From Octopus sinensis (taxonomy: Eukaryota), in the NCBI RefSeq assembly GCF_006345805.1, contig NC_043005.1:71610001-71674000 (forward strand): DNA of 64,000 bases, read 5' to 3'. The notes beneath the pieces are model-generated. The model saw nothing but the letters and a program-made list of their open reading frames with translations. It was not told where the DNA came from and did not search any database. Positions 1 through 11,478 of the stretch are shown piece after piece; positions within the stretch are counted from its first letter, which is position 1, and every line of letters begins with the position of its first letter. A program made the translations under genes and the position numbers.

Positions 1-329
1 AGCTACAGTGTGTGTTGTAAGGTTTTAAACACATGACCTTCGGATTATTAGTATTGCGGAATTTTCTCATAAAAATAAATCAAAACCAATACAGATGTAG
101 ATTGATAAACAAGCTCCTGAACACACATACTATATATATATATATTCTCCTACACACACACACATGCATATATATATATAAATACATAAGCGTGTGTATA
201 TTTGAGAACAATATTGACTGTTACACTGCTTATTTATAATGTAGCATCAAGCGAACATACTGATAGACATGCTTGGGTATATGTGTGGATTTTTGTGTAT
301 ACACACACACATGCATATATATATATATA

Positions 330-438
330 TATATCTTTCTACCAATCTATCTATCTATTTATCTTTCTATCTATCTATCTATCTATTTATCTTTCTATCT
401 ATCTATCTATCTATCCATCTAGCTATCTAGCTATCTAG

Positions 439-479
<41 letters not shown>

Positions 480-518
480 CATCTATCTATCTATCTATCT
501 ATCTGTTTATCTATCTGT

Positions 519-584
<66 letters not shown>

Positions 585-630
585 CTCTCTTTCTCTCTCT
601 CTCCCTCTCTCTCTCTCTATATATATATAT
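330..630. repeat. (TATC)n / (TC)n / (TA)n compound microsatellite
   Basis: Direct tandem ATCT units followed by CT and TA runs. Confidence 0.95.
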
Positions 631-684
631 ATCAATATGTACTGTTGGATTAAGAAGTGCCAAGACCTAGAAAGACATGTGAAT

Positions 685-685
<1 letters not shown>

Positions 686-736
<51 letters not shown>

Positions 737-737
737 T

Positions 738-768
<31 letters not shown>

Positions 769-1000
769 GAGGAGGAGGAGGAGGGAAAGGAGCTGATCTC
801 TGAGTGTGAGACTTCTTGAAAAAAGACAAGTGAGAACCACAGCAAATGGTGAGATGCTGTGCCGAAGAAGAGCCGCCCAACCGATGCTACAATGATGATG
901 ATGATGAAGACAAGGGTAGCGGTGGTAGTGGAGGTGGAAGTGGTGGCAGTGCTGGTGGAAGTGGTGGTGGTGGTGGTGGTGGTGGTGGTAGTGGTGTTAG
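686..1000. repeat. (TAG)n, (GGA)n, (GAT)n and (GGT)n trinucleotide tracts
   Basis: Visible tandem triplets; they account for the poly-T/Y/G ORFs at 650-1061. Confidence 0.95.
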
Positions 1001-1260
1001 TAGCGTTGTATACACATATCTGCCATTGATCAATGCAAGTGCATGTATCTAAATGACCCATATTCGAATGTGTTTTCTTCTTCTTTCATTTTCCCAATGA
1101 CTTGATACAGAATTATTGATCTTTAAAAAGGCACATATAAGTATGCTACTTAATTATGTTCGATTTCCCTGTGGTCTGACTTTCAGATGTCAGGGAATGT
1201 GCACATACACATATAACATGTACATAAACACACACACACACATATGCATATATGTGTGCA

Positions 1261-1303
<43 letters not shown>

Positions 1304-1568
1304 TACACACACACACATGCATACATACATACATATATATATATATTTATATGTGTGTGTATGCATGCGTATACATGTTGAACATACTTGCACACATATA
1401 CATGAAAGAGTGGTAAGACAAGGGAAGCTGATGTATACATTTGTATAACATTAGAGATGACTAAACATTACACACACAAACTGAAACACATACACTCACA
1501 ACATACATATATATATGTATGCACATGTATATATATATATATATGCATGTCTGTATATATGTATGCAC

Positions 1569-1617
<49 letters not shown>

Positions 1618-1757
1618 TGTGTGTATATATATATATATATGTACACACATGTATGCATATATATGAATATATATATATATCAATGGGGTGCCATCCTATA
1701 TATAGTACTTTATTCAACACTCCTAACCTGCTCATTTTCCTGCAGTTCTGTTCTATT

Positions 1758-1804
<47 letters not shown>

Positions 1805-1945
1805 AATGTTTGTTTCTTACCTATTTATTTAGTAGTAAGACCCAACACCCATCAAGCTTTTCACCCTGCCAAAATATTTAAGCACATTTTCCCTTGAGCT
1901 TATATATATATGCTTGTATATATATATATGTGTGTGTGTGTGTGT

Positions 1946-1991
<46 letters not shown>

Positions 1992-2799
1992 TGTGTTTAT
2001 AGATACATACACACAAATGCAGACATACCCATTGGACACGGTAAAGTAAGGTATGCTGTTTCTAAGAAACATAATCCTGGGCTTGTGAAGAGTAAATGAA
2101 GTGGTTACACTCCAGTTATTTCTCTCTCCATGGACAAAAATAGAGCTGAGAATGATATGAATGGTTTCTAGTTTTCTTAGACTGTCATCAGAGAAAGAAT
2201 ATATATATTTATATCTCCTGTTCATGAACAGATTAGTATCCCACAGCTATTTATGACTCCATTGTTAACTAAATATCCAACACGTAGATGCACACTTATA
2301 TGCTCACACATGTGAGTATATGTTGTTTATGATATACATATATATAAATATATGTTTGCTTGTGCGTATGCATATTTTATAATACTGGCATGGAGTAGAG
2401 AATATGTTTTTGAGGCATTGTTTTAAAGATGGATGTTCATATTCGGTATTCATGTGTGTGTGTATGTGTGTAAGTATTCATATGTGTGTATTTTTGTGTA
2501 TGTGTGTGTGCAAAAAAGACCTATGGGATAAGTACTAGACTTACAAAGAACAAGTCATGGGATCAGTTTGTTTGAGTAAAGGCGTTGCTCCAGCATGGCC
2601 ACAGTCAAATGACTGAAATCCCTCCCAAAAAAACTAAAAGAATAGAAATTAAAACACATGTATTCACCTATACCTACATGTCATACACTTGTGTACACAC
2701 AGAGTAAAACGCACACTTGCACACATCAAAATGCCTTCTGTGATTCATTATTAAATAATAAATTTTATCTTAAGCTGAATGTGTGTATATATCTATGTA

Positions 2800-3065
<266 letters not shown>

Positions 3066-3404
3066 TATATGCATATATCTCTATGTATGTCTGCATATGC
3101 ATATGTGTCTATATGTGTGTGTGACTGTATCTCATAAAACAAATTTGATTGCACATCTATTTGTCTTGGGGTTATTTTCTCTGCTATAAATACTGTGTGC
3201 TACTCCCAAGAAATGCTAATATTATATGTGAGTGTATTAATGATGTAGTACAAGGATATGTGTTATATTTCTCGCAGTCTTCTATCTATTTTGGTACACT
3301 TCCATGAAATATTTGCTTCCAGTCTCTTATTTTCTGGAGAAACTTAAATTAGTGAGAAGTTTTAAAGTACAATGTTCGAATGTACGCAAAGGATACAAAA
3401 TACC

Positions 3405-3760
3405 TCTTCATTGTTGTTTGTGTTGCTGCTGCTGCTGCTGATAATGATGATGAGGATGGTGGTGGTGGTGGTGCTGGATGAGGTGATGGTATGATGATGA
3501 GAAGGGTGGTAATGATGACGATGATGACAACTGTGGAAGTAGTGGTGGAGATGTTGGCGGTGTTGGTGGTGTTGGTGGTGGTGGCGACGATGATGGTGAT
3601 GAGGATGATGATGACAACACTGATGATGATTATGGTGATGACGGCGATAATAAAGGTGATGGTGGTGATGATGGTGATGAGGGTAATGATGATGATGATA
3701 ATGATGATGATGATGATGGATGGTGATGATGATGATGGTAATGATCAAGGTGATTACTAT
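3405..3760. repeat. degenerate (GAT)n/(GGT)n trinucleotide repeat
   Basis: Source of the His/Met/Val-rich ORFs at 3362-3775. Confidence 0.9.
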
Positions 3761-4376
3761 TATGCTGGTACTTAGTCCTCAGATTAGCCCTGACTGATCA
3801 GACCACTAAACCAAATCATGACTCACCTATTCAATTAACAAATATTTCATAAATAGGGCATGCTGGTTTTTCCCTTTTCTCATTTCCCTTCAGCTTGCAA
3901 TCCTTGACATCCTTCTGTTTTAAGAGGCAGGTGGGGGTCTAACACCCCTAGGTAAAGTTACCTCCACAAGTCATGCCAACTAATAAGGACCAGTTCCCCA
4001 GTTTCACAGAGTATAAGTTTCCCGCATGGACAAGACACCAGTCTGTTACAGGATTACTTGTTTTTGCTCTCTGAATTAACTGGAGTAACATGAAATGACG
4101 AGTTTTGCTCAAGAAGACAACAAATTACCTAGTCCAGGAATTGAAACTTCAATCTAACGATCATTAGTCCAACACCCTAACCACTAAGCCACAGGCCTGC
4201 ACTAGTTTTACACCACTGGCCAATCAAGATCTGATTTACTGCTCAACATTAGAGGCAACCCCCTCTTTTACTGTGGCTGCTGCTTTTCATAATGGCACTA
4301 AAGTAACATCTCAAGGCCACAAACTTGAGCCAACTGTATAGAGATCCTGGGTGGCTCAGATGGCCCAGATACAATA

Positions 4377-4480
4377 CAGTAATCCCTCAACTATCACGGG
4401 TGTTACATTCCAAATACCCCTGCAATAGGTGAAAATTCGTGAAATAGAAAGAGTATACTGTATATTTTTTGAAATCATTT
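4377..4480 (+). mobile_element. Tigger/pogo-type DNA transposon terminus
   Basis: TA|CAGTAATCCCTCAACTATCACGGGTGTTACATTCCAAATACCCCTGCAATAGGTGAAAATTCGTGAAATAG resembles Tigger/pogo ends; no matching right end seen nearby. Confidence 0.6.
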
Positions 4481-4528
4481 TTATAATTCATATATATGCG
4501 AATGGTTTTTTTATACGGCACCATTTTT

Positions 4529-4787
4529 GCAATCCTGTAAGTAACAATAATGGTACTTTTATATAAGCTTAAAGCTTATGGCAGTCACCATGCAATGACT
4601 AAGGAAATAGTCTAATAATGGGGCATATAAGCCCTTGACAGAAAAAAGAAAGCTTTCCTATCTAGCCTTCTTTTCTCTGTTGAGGGCTAATATGCCCCTT
4701 TATTAGACTATTTTCCTTAGTCATTGCACGGTGATTGCCATAAACTTTAAGCTTATATAAAAATACCATTATTATTATTTACTGGAT
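4529..4787. repeat. long inverted repeat (fold-back), ~125-bp arms with ~10-bp spacer
   Basis: 4529-4653 is the imperfect reverse complement of 4664-4787 (e.g. CAATGACTAAGGAAATAGTCTAATAA / TTATTAGACTATTTTCCTTAGTCATTG). Confidence 0.9.
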
Positions 4788-6338
4788 TGTGGATCACGTG
4801 GATGAGAAAGGCGCGATCCAGAGAAGAGTGGAGAGCGTGCTGTGACCAGCGGTGTCAAATGGACGCCTGACGGACTGGTCGGTCAAAGTGAAAGTGATCA
4901 AGTGATAAATGAAAAACAACAGCACTGAGGAATCAACGTAAGCTTAAATAATAAACCATAATAAGGTGAAGTGCAATATGGCAAGGGATTACCCTACACT
5001 ACTTCCAGCCCCACTATTTTGGTCCAAAGATGTGCAGAACAATACATCTGGGACAAGTTCTACTGCAGAAATTGCTAGAAGACTATCGAGTCAAAAACCA
5101 GACCACAATAGGAACTCCAATCTAGAGATTTACCCTCCAACCTTTTTCTTAGAAAGCAGTAAGGGTATCTATTCATAGCTGTGGATCCATAATTATTTAC
5201 AATTGTCCATACCAAGCGCTGTCTACTGGAGCCATTTGAACCTGGAACTCATGTTATTAACAGATATAGAGTTTAGAAAAATTCGCAACAAAGTATGAGT
5301 GAGATTTAGTTTGGATTCTTAAATGTAACCCAAATCACTTCACTGGTGGTACAAGCTCTTATTGGTTAAGCCATGCCTATGAGAAAATTCTATTTGTTGT
5401 TTTATATTTGATGAAGATGTAGCTATATAATATATATGTATATTATATATTTTTTTTCTTTTTTATAGCCATGTTTTCAGTCATAACTGAACTATCGTAG
5501 AATAGCATAGATAGTATCGAGATAGTGTTGTGATAATATTCAGATATGATAAGAGTATTTTGTGAATGATTCAGATGATATCTTTTGTAGGCTACTATAA
5601 ACATTACTACTATTACTACTACTACTACTACCACTACCACTACTACTACTACTACTCCACCACCATCACTACTACTACCATCATCACTCCCACCAGCACA
5701 ATCACCACCACTCCTACAACCACCACCACCACCACCACCATCACCACCTTCGCCACCACTGCTATTTTTATTCTTTCTGTTAGTGATGCAAATTTTTTGT
5801 GGGGATTTTCTTCAAGTGAAATTGTCACATTCTCTTTTCCGTCCCCCCCCTTAAATTAAAACCTTACCTTACCCTTCTACAATCACCAATACCATCATGC
5901 AACCACAAAGAAATAAACCTATATATCACAGAAAATTTTCTTCAGCTCAAAAGAATTTTCTTTGCTCATAGAATCTTAAAGCTAGATAGATGTATTTTTT
6001 TCAGATTTTTAAATCTCATTTTGTTCACTTAACACTTCCTGTTTTTTGTTATTTCTGTTCAGTTTTGCAACAGGAGATCATTAATTTTTCATTGCATGTC
6101 CACGATTTTTTAACTTCGCAAATCTGTTTATTTATAATTCAACTTGGCTTAATCTTTCATTGGACAAATGGAAATCTTTTGAGTCCTTTTCTATACCACC
6201 ACTACCACCACCCTCATTTCCTACATTCCAAATCCAATTTATCCAACCAGATGATATGTGTGTGTGTGTGCTTCCATGTATCTATGTATGTATGTATATA
6301 TATGCATATATATGTATGTATATTTATATATGCACGTG

Positions 6339-6375
<37 letters not shown>

Positions 6376-6464
6376 AAATATATTAGAGACAAACCACTAT
6401 TTTGCAAAACAAACAAGGAAAGACTTAATCAATACATAAATTTTAATAAATAGTCAAAAAACCG

Positions 6465-6505
6465 CCACTACACTTGTTTCTTGTCTTATCGACAATCTTC
6501 AGTGG
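6465..6505 (-). ncRNA. minimal type I hammerhead ribozyme-like motif (left arm)
   Basis: Minus strand CCA-CTGAAGA-TTGTC-GATAA-GACAA-GAAAC-AAGT-GTA-GTGG; one C fewer than the 39726 copy. Confidence 0.55.
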
Positions 6506-6564
6506 ACTTCCAATAAGTCAGTTTCAAATTATGAAGTCATAATTTGAAACTGACTTATGGAAGT

Positions 6565-6605
6565 CACTTGAAGATTGTCGATCAAGACAAGAAACAATTG
6601 TAGTG
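6565..6605 (+). ncRNA. minimal type I hammerhead ribozyme-like motif (right arm, C3>U)
   Basis: CAC-TTGAAGA-TTGTC-GATCAA-GACAA-GAAAC-AATT-GTA-GTG; stem I CAC/GTG, stem II TTGTC/GACAA, palindromic ACAATTGT. Confidence 0.55.
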
Positions 6606-6772
6606 CGGTTTTTTTGACATTTATTAAAATTTTATGTATTGATTAAGTCTTTCCTTGTTTGTTTTGCAAATAGTGGTTTATCTCTATAATATTTTATAAT
6701 ATTTTACTATAAAATTGGATTTAATCCTAAATCTGATTTTTTCCCTGTAAATTGGATTTATTCCCAAATTAT

Positions 6773-6832
<60 letters not shown>

Positions 6833-6961
6833 TACATATATATGTACATGCATATTTATATAAGTTCAGTAAACTTAGATTCAGATGAATTGTACTTAAG
6901 TTAAAGGCACCAGCATTTGTGGTATTATCCATATAATTCAAAATGGTTATTTTGATATATA

Positions 6962-6992
<31 letters not shown>

Positions 6993-7072
6993 ATAATGTA
7001 GGTCCCGGGTTGATTCGGGGTTAACCACAGTAAATAAGGTACTCAATACATCGCAGAGTAAAATTAATTTAT

Positions 7073-7186
7073 TATATAGAAGGAGCTCTACAGGACTAGA
7101 ACTGTTCATTCAAGAGAAATCTTCAGGAAGAGCTTCCTGAAGATTTCTCTTGAATGAAACAGTTCTAGTCCTGTAGAAGCTCCTTC

Positions 7187-7192
<6 letters not shown>
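7073..7192. repeat. near-perfect ~120-bp palindrome in (TA)n carrying a truncated hammerhead-like core
   Basis: ~58-bp arms centred on GGAAGAGCTTCC; right arm reads CTGAAGA-TTTCTCTTGAAT-GAAAC-AGTTCTA-GTC. Confidence 0.8.
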
Positions 7193-7231
<39 letters not shown>

Positions 7232-7239
7232 TATATATA

Positions 7240-7290
<51 letters not shown>

Positions 7291-7311
7291 CTACCTTTCT
7301 ATCTACATATA

Positions 7312-7870
7312 TTGGGAGAATTCACAAAAAAACAAAAGACAAAGACAGGTGATGTAGACAACAAACAGATGTATTAGTATAACGCTCAGGAAGTGAAAAG
7401 GTATTTAACGTTTCAAACCTACGCTCTTCCACAGAAAGGAACACAGAAAAGAAACAAGGAGATAAAATAGAGGATGTGTAATGGCTAGCAATCTATCATG
7501 TTATATGTTTTTATATGTTGTATATCTATGTATGCATGCATGTATATGTATGTATGTGTATATGTATATCTGTGTATGTATATATGTACACATATATGTG
7601 AGTATAAACATATATATATATCCATCCCCTTCTCCCTAGCTCTCCTGTGTGACCCTTCTGTCCGGCATTCGCCATGATAGATCGCTAGCCACTACACATT
7701 CTATATTTTCTCTCCTTGTTTCTTTCTGTGTTCCTTTCTGTGGAAGAACATAGGCTCGAAACTTTAAAGACTTTTTCACTACCCGAGCATTATACTAATA
7801 CATCTGATTGTCGTCTACACCACCCGTCTTTGTCTTTTGTTTTTTTTTTTGTGAATTCTCCCTATATCCA
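7312..7870. mobile_element. inverted pair of a ~190-bp PLE-like repeat (minus copy 7312-7500, plus copy ~7676-7870)
   Basis: GGGAGAATTCACAAAAAAACAAAAGACAAAGAC... is the reverse complement of ...GTCTTTGTCTTTTGTTTTTTTTTTGTGAATTCTCCC; spacer is microsatellite. Confidence 0.75.
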
Positions 7871-8985
7871 TGTATGTCTGTTGGAGTTCACTCTTTGATC
7901 AATCTGAAACTGTGATAGAAAACTTTTGCCCCCAAATTTTATTTAATGGAATCAGACTGGAATCCCTTCATTACATAACAAACTCCTTTATCACATGGCA
8001 TGGCACACCTTTTATGGTACATCAATTTTAATTCCGTTGAAAATACCAATATAACTAGTCCCTCAATCATCACCTGGCATTAAGCCACCTCTCGCAGTTA
8101 AGGGGTTCTTGTCTTACAAGCTGATGACCTTACTAGTGCTGGTAACATGTAAAAAAACATCCAGTATACTTTGTAAAGTGGTTGGCATCAAGAAGGGTTT
8201 CCAGATACTAGTGCTTGGTGCAGTCCCCTGGCTTGCCATCACTTGTCAAACCATCCGACCCATGCCAGCATAGAAAATGGATGTTAAATGACAACGAAAA
8301 AGGGTCTTTGCCTTGAAAGTTACTTGGCGACCTCACTAGAGCTGGAGGTATGTGAAATTCCCCTATTTGACTTTAGGAAGTGCATCCAAGTGCATCCGAG
8401 CATTATACTAATACATCTGATTGTCGTCTACACCACCCGTCTTTGTCTTTTGTTTTTTTTTTGTGAATTCTCCCTATATCCATGTATGTCTGTGAGTTCA
8501 CTCTTTGATCATCTGAAACTGTGATAGAAAACTTTTGCCCCCAAATTTTTTAATGGAATCAGACTGGAATCCCTTCATACATAACAAACTCCTTTATCAC
8601 ATGGCATGGCACACCTTTTATGGACATCAATTTTAATTCCGTTGAAAATACCAATATAACTAGTCCCTCAATCATCACCTGATTAAGCCACCTCTCGCAG
8701 TTAGGGGTTCTTGTCTTACAAGCTGATGACCTTCTAGTGCTGGTAACATGTAAAAAAACATCCAGTAACTTGTAAAGTGGTTGGCATCAAGAAGGTTTTC
8801 CAGATACTAGTGCTTGGTGCAGTCCCCTGGCTTGCCATCATTGTCAAACCATCCGACCCATGCCAGCATAGAAAATGGATGTTAAATGACAACGAAAAAG
8901 GGTCTTTGCCTTGAAAGTTACTTGGCGACCTCACTAGAGCTGGAGGTATGTGAAATTCCCCTATTTGACTTTAGGAAGTGCATCC
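7783..8985. repeat. direct tandem duplication of ~600 bp (7783-8387 and 8396-8985)
   Basis: Both copies begin CCGAGCATTATACTAATAC and end GACTTTAGGAAGTGCATCC; junction contains AAGTGCATCC twice. Confidence 0.95.
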
Positions 8986-9089
8986 AGCTGTAGAGACCAT
9001 GCAAATGCTCTCATTGTGGTCTGGTGCAATCTTCTGGCTCACCATCTCTGGTCGAACCATCAGTACATGCCATGGAAAGCAAACATTAA

Positions 9090-9110
<21 letters not shown>
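8975..9110 (+). mobile_element. SINE family C 3' part with (ATG)n tail
   Basis: GCATCCAGCTGTAGA...CATGGAAAGCAAACATTAAATGATGATG shared with many copies in the window. Confidence 0.75.
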
Positions 9111-9121
<11 letters not shown>

Positions 9122-9969
9122 GGTGGCGGCAGCGGTGGTGGAGGTGGTGATGGTGATGATGATGAGGATGATGATGATGAACTAGTATGGATAGAACCTG
9201 TTTTCAAGTAGGAGGCATGTAGAGTGGTTTATCTAACCAGATCTTGATCTAATATATTTATCTAACGCATTTTATACTTCTAATCTCTGAGATCACAGTT
9301 AGTATTTTTATCTATTTTAATAAAAATAATAAAAGGGAAATATAAAATAAATAGTAATTAAAGAAAAAAAAAATTATCTGATCTTATGAGGTGGAAATTT
9401 CAGAATATAAACAAATTACATACGTCAATGGTAGAAATAAACAGAATCATTTTGAAAGTTTATTTTAAATGGATCCTTGTTTCTTAGGCAAACCTTAAAC
9501 TTCTGCTAATTTTCCAACCCAAACATTCTTATAATTGCTGTATATACAAACTATTTGCTTTCACTTTCCTTCTCCTTACCTCCATTTGTTTCACTTACAT
9601 AGATTCTGCGTTATTTTTTTTTTTCACAAAGGAAGAAAGCCAAGCTAATTGTCAAGCTAGTAATATTAATGCCAGAAAATCATCTAAAAAAGAATCAGTT
9701 ACTCTATTTTTATTTACGTTTCAGCTGATCTTTTATAGCAGGAGAGAGTTTAAAAGTAAAATTTATCTTGGTTTTGAATGAAAGATATATATGTGTGTAT
9801 ATATATATATATATAAAGTAAAATAACAAAAATGGGAGACATGAACGTATAAATTAAACTCCGAGAGAAAGTAATTTTCAAATGTCAGTTTTTATTTTCT
9901 TAATTTAATTTTTCTTTTTTTTTTATGATTAGTTGTTGTAAACAGTAAACTTCTGCTACTGCAGATGTG

Positions 9970-10347
9970 CTAGGAATTAAATGTATTGCAATGCAATGTC
10001 AGGAACAGATTTACAGCAAGATGGTTTTTTCTGTTTACAGGAATATCTAAACATTTATTTCTTGTGTTAAAAGAACTCAGAGCAAATGTATATGGCAAGA
10101 TAGCAGCAAGATTTACCTGTATTTCTTCTGTCAATGATCCGTTTATTCTAGCAGAGAATGCTTCCATAATCAACCGATTCCAGCTGAACATTATTAGTAT
10201 GAATTGTTTATAGCACCATTCTGATGCAATCCTGTTTATCAGGAATTGGTGTGGTACACTAAATGTAACTGACAAAGTCAAAATGTGTATCTTGGAAGAT
10301 TCAAATATTAAGAGATGAGAGAATAGAAAGCAAATTGATTTTAGCAT
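9970..10347 (-). CDS. candidate coding segment, product unknown, strand ambiguous
   Basis: 125-codon non-repetitive ORF in AT-rich unique DNA; an antisense ORF (9986-10213) with a good acceptor (TTTTTTCTGTTTACAG|G at 10040) overlaps it; no recognisable domain. Confidence 0.25.
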   Translation of the reverse strand: MLKSICFLFSHLLIFESSKIHILTLSVTFSVPHQFLINRIASEWCYKQFILIMFSWNRLIMEAFSARINGSLTEEIQVNLAAILPYTFALSSFNTRNKCLDIPVNRKNHLAVNLFLTLHCNTFNS

Positions 10348-11161
10348 ATCACAATCAACCCATTTGACAAGTTATGCTCTTTCAAAGTGCATGCTGTGAT
10401 TATAAATCATTGAAAACAGATTAGATATTAAACTTCCTACGATTGTATACTAACCACAGGAGTTTGGTTTAATGTTGAAATTAATGGAGTTTCACAACGA
10501 CATAGCTGCATGCTCTATATAAAATATGAAGCCGGAATGTAGAAAGCTGTTGTATCTAATGACAAAAGAGTGTATTTACAAGAGGAATCAGGTTCTGTAC
10601 CACTTACCAGATGAAGAATTAGCTTGTAACCAGACAGTTAGTGTTTTCGCATGATATCACTCTATTTCTAGTTTCCCTGAAAATGTTGGACAAGAATGGA
10701 AAATGGCGAAAACAAAAGTAATGTCCCCAGTGTATGTTGAGCAGTAATTTAGAATGAAGAGATTAACAAGCATTGCAAAATAAAGTTCCTTATGCTCTAA
10801 CTATATACTATATTTCATTTATACCATGCCGGCTTTCTGTTCACAATTCCAGTTATTTCACTTTTATCATGAAATGACTTAACACAATTTAATTTATTTT
10901 CCTTTAAGCAAATAGACAGTTGCATACACACACATATAAACATATATATATATATATATATATATTCAAATATGAAATAGAAGCAGTGGTAGTGTAATAA
11001 TTATTATCAAACACATACTTAACATACAAGGTTGGTATTGTAATACCCAGCACTTTGAGAGAATAATCTCCACCACATCAATTCGCAGCCTACCAGCAAA
11101 TATGCAGAAATAATATAGTAGGTTTGTGTCGTCGATAATGTTTATATATATAAACATTATT

Positions 11162-11350
11162 GGCGAACTGGCTCAATGGTTAGCATGCTGGGTGAAATGC
11201 TTAGTGGTATTCCCTCTATCCCTATGTTCTAAGTTCAAATTCCACTGAGGTCGATTATGCCTTTCATCCTTTCTGGGTCGATAAAATAAGTACCAGTTGA
11301 ACACTGGGGTCAATGTAATCGACTCATCCCAAGCTGCCCTTGAGGCAAAA
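11162..11350 (+). mobile_element. SINE family B (tRNA-like head plus GCCTTTCATCCTTT..GGGTCGATAAAATAAGTACCAG core)
   Basis: Homologous to 21285-21512. Confidence 0.8.
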
Positions 11351-11422
11351 ATTTTAAATAATACATGTATGTATGTATATCTAACTTTATATATATAGAG
11401 AGAGGGAGAGAGAGAGATAGAG

Positions 11423-11478
<56 letters not shown>

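Larger units (their letters stand above)
6381..6765. mobile_element. palindromic Penelope-like (PLE) remnant in (TA)n
   Basis: ~150-bp inverted arms centred on AATTATGAAGTCATAATT (~6535); each arm has a hammerhead-like motif; a second copy lies at 39655-39920. Confidence 0.7.

Noticed and set aside
846-1052. ORF MVRCCAEEEPPNRCYNDDDD..GGGG
   Set aside because: A short unique stretch between trinucleotide repeats; no recognisable homology or exon boundaries.
2150-2200. Minus-strand CTGATGA..AGAAAC motif
   Set aside because: No NUH plus stem I complement follows GAAAC, so a hammerhead cannot be closed.
4966-5178. 70-aa non-repetitive ORF
   Set aside because: Short, no convincing splice sites or homology; all three plus frames are partly open, so chance or a degraded TE is more likely.
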